54,991 nt of DNA from Eubacteriales bacterium. Its GTDB lineage: Bacteria > Bacillota > Clostridia > Oscillospirales > CAG-272. A model generated the notes under the pieces. The model had not been told where the DNA came from. It was given only the letters and a program-made list of their open reading frames with translations, and did no database searches. The stretch lies in contig JAZRQR010000067.1 in the NCBI GenBank assembly GCA_045650025.1, forward strand, positions 1 to 54,991, in the 5' to 3' direction. Positions 52,945-54,991 of this stretch are shown piece after piece (position 1 is the first letter of the stretch; each line of letters starts with the position of its first letter). The position numbers were made by a program, and so were the translations under genes.

Positions 52945-54957
52945 ATGTCGCATGATTTCAAAGGAAGCTGGATCTCCTGCGCAGAGCTTGCCGCCCTGCA
53001 GCCGCGCAACGTATTCCACCGTCAGCTTGAGCCGCTGGCGCTGGATTGCTCCGCGCACAGAAACCGCCACGTGCTGTTCCGCAAGCGCTTTACGCTGAAA
53101 GACAAGCCCGCAAGCGCGCGCCTGTTTATCACAGCGGATGATTACTATATGTTGTATGTCAACGGCGCGTTTGTGGCACAAGGTCCTGCGCCCTCCTATC
53201 ATTTTCAGTACAATTACAACGAGATCGATCTGACCCCTTATCTGACCGAGGGTGACAACCTGATCGCGGTGCACACGCTGTATCAGGGGCTGATCAACCG
53301 CGTCTGGCAGAGTGGGGATCAGCGCCACGGCTTGCTTTGCGATCTGGAGGCAGACGGACACATCATACTCTCCAGCGGCGAGGATTTCTTGGTCGCGCTG
53401 CACTCGGGTTACGCCGAAAGCGGCATATGCGGCTACCAGACGCAGTTTTTGGAGACCTACGACTCGCGCGCGCACGAGGTTGGCTTTGAGCGCCCCGATT
53501 TTGACGACCGCGATTGGCAGAACGCATCACTTTGCCTGCACGACGACCACGCCACGGTGGCGCAAGAGAGTGCCATGCTGGTGTTTGAGGAGATTGCGCC
53601 CACTTGCACGCAAAGTGGGCAAAACCGCGTGGTACTGGATTTTGGCGCCACGTACGTGGGCTATTTGGACGCTGTTGTGTGCGGTAACGCGGGTGACGCG
53701 GTGACCGTGCGCTGCGGGCAGGAGCTCGGAGAGGACGGCAGCCTGCGCTATGCCCTGCGCGCCAACTGCGTTTACGAGGAAAAATGGATTCTCGGCGAGG
53801 GTGAGAGCTGCCTTTGCTGGTTTGACTACAAGGCATTCCGCTATGCCGAGCTGATCCTGCCGGATGGCGCACAGTTCGTGCGCGCTACACTGCGCGCACG
53901 GCACTATCCCTTTGCCCTGCATGCCGCCATCAAGCCTTCCTACGCGCAGGATGAAGCCCTCTGCCGCATTTGGGATTTGTGCGTGAACACGCAGAAATAC
54001 GGCGTGCAAGAGGTGATTCAGGACTGCATGGAGCGCGAAAAGGGCTTCTACCTTGGGGACGGCTGCTACACAGCGCTGACGCACATGGTGCTTTCGGGTG
54101 ATGATTCCATGGTGCGCAAGCTGATCGACGACGCCTTTGCCACGCGCTTTATCACGCCCACTTTAGTAACCTGCATGGATTGCTCTTTCATGCAGGAAAT
54201 TGCCGAATACCCCTTGATGCTGGTGTATCTGGTGCTGTGGCACTACCGCTACACGGGCGACGGCGCGTATCTGGCGCAGAATTATGGCAAGATCACGGAG
54301 CTTTTGGACGCCTACCGCACCGAATACGAGCACGACGGCTTGATCAAGGAGCTGAACAAATGGTGCGTGGTGGAGTGGCCCGCCAATTTCCGCCACGGCT
54401 ATGACGTGGACATCCGCGAGGGGCAGGTCTGCCACCAGGCGCACGTGTCGATCAACGCGTACTACATCGCCGCCATTCGCACGGCGAACAAGATTGCCGC
54501 CGAGCTGGGATTGCCTGCATATCGCGATGAATCTGCGTTGTCAGATGCGTTTTACGCGGCGTTTTACGACAAGGAGCGCAAGGTATTCAAGGACGGCGAG
54601 AGCACCGAGCATGTCAGCCTTGTGGGCAACACGTTTGCATACGGGCTGGGGCTTTGCCCCGACGCCGAGACCAAGCGCAACATTCTCGCCATGCTGGACT
54701 GGCACTCCATGTCCTCGCTTTCCATGTTCTGCACCTTCCCCATGCTATGGGGCTTGGTACGCGACGGCGAGGAGGACCGCATTCGCGAGGCGCTGCTGCA
54801 CGAAGGCACGTGGAGCAGAATCTTGCGCGAGGGTGGCACCACCACCTTTGAGGGCTGGGGCAAGGACACTAAGTGGAACACCTCGCTGTTCCACCTGACC
54901 ATGAGCTACGGTGCCTTGTTTATGGCGGATGTGGATCTAAAGGAGATATTGGATTGA
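52945..54957 (+). CDS. GH78 alpha-L-rhamnosidase-like protein
   Basis: LFRKRF...ARLFITADDYYMLYVNG, VLDFG, FRYAEL, DCMEREKGFYLGD (cf. DCPxRER..W.GD), GTTTFEGW, SLFH. Confidence 0.85.
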   Translation: MSHDFKGSWISCAELAALQPRNVFHRQLEPLALDCSAHRNRHVLFRKRFTLKDKPASARLFITADDYYMLYVNGAFVAQGPAPSYHFQYNYNEIDLTPYLTEGDNLIAVHTLYQGLINRVWQSGDQRHGLLCDLEADGHIILSSGEDFLVALHSGYAESGICGYQTQFLETYDSRAHEVGFERPDFDDRDWQNASLCLHDDHATVAQESAMLVFEEIAPTCTQSGQNRVVLDFGATYVGYLDAVVCGNAGDAVTVRCGQELGEDGSLRYALRANCVYEEKWILGEGESCLCWFDYKAFRYAELILPDGAQFVRATLRARHYPFALHAAIKPSYAQDEALCRIWDLCVNTQKYGVQEVIQDCMEREKGFYLGDGCYTALTHMVLSGDDSMVRKLIDDAFATRFITPTLVTCMDCSFMQEIAEYPLMLVYLVLWHYRYTGDGAYLAQNYGKITELLDAYRTEYEHDGLIKELNKWCVVEWPANFRHGYDVDIREGQVCHQAHVSINAYYIAAIRTANKIAAELGLPAYRDESALSDAFYAAFYDKERKVFKDGESTEHVSLVGNTFAYGLGLCPDAETKRNILAMLDWHSMSSLSMFCTFPMLWGLVRDGEEDRIREALLHEGTWSRILREGGTTTFEGWGKDTKWNTSLFHLTMSYGALFMADVDLKEILD

Positions 54958-54963
54958 CGAAAC

Positions 54964-54990
54964 GTAGGGGCGACTGAACGAATCGCCCGC
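54964..54990 (+). repeat. GTAG-type REP-like palindrome
   Basis: GTAGGGGCGA-ctgaacga-ATCGCCCGC right after the GH78 stop. Same arms as 13918-13962. Confidence 0.65.
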
Positions 54991-54991
54991 G

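Noticed and set aside
49146-53009. 1287-aa minus-strand ORF, and similar long ORFs such as 7661..9382, 9612..12089, 20770..23079, 23072..25099, 32646..35528 and 45971..48259
   Set aside because: All mirror well-supported genes codon for codon on the opposite strand and have the V/G/L/H/Q-rich composition typical of antisense frames.

Overview
Chromosomal window from a moderately high-GC Firmicute, most likely an uncultured gut Clostridia. This is inferred from sigma-A-type promoters, strong GGAGG Shine-Dalgarno sites and many lipoproteins. From left to right it contains: (1) a carbohydrate locus with a partial GH2, a GPH/MFS symporter, a divergent AraC regulator and a GH3-CBM32 lipoprotein; (2) a secreted protein with a Gly-Cys C-terminal anchor; (3) rpsU, which the ORF track missed, and leuS with variant HAGH/KMGKR motifs; (4) a lipoprotein and an orphan solute-binding protein; (5) a ~15.8 kb type IV pilus operon led by an orphan histidine kinase and ending in a 1306-aa repeat-rich surface protein; (6) a complete V/A-type ATPase operon with a Na+-type c subunit; (7) a small low-GC patch beside a pair of inverted palindromic repeats; (8) a CvpA-like gene and two paralogous lipoproteins; (9) tRNA-Glu(CTC); (10) GH106, a 1230-aa lipoprotein and GH78. 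The most unusual structure is directly behind tRNA-Glu (45140-45669). Three tandem units each rebuild the tRNA T-arm (GGGTTCG|ATTCCCGT) but carry a 69-85 nt multi-hairpin insert at the same T-loop position, with compensatory base changes between copies. The array closes with a 17-bp copy of the tRNA 3' end, and no integrase is present in the window. All functional calls come from motif recognition by eye; no database searches were run.
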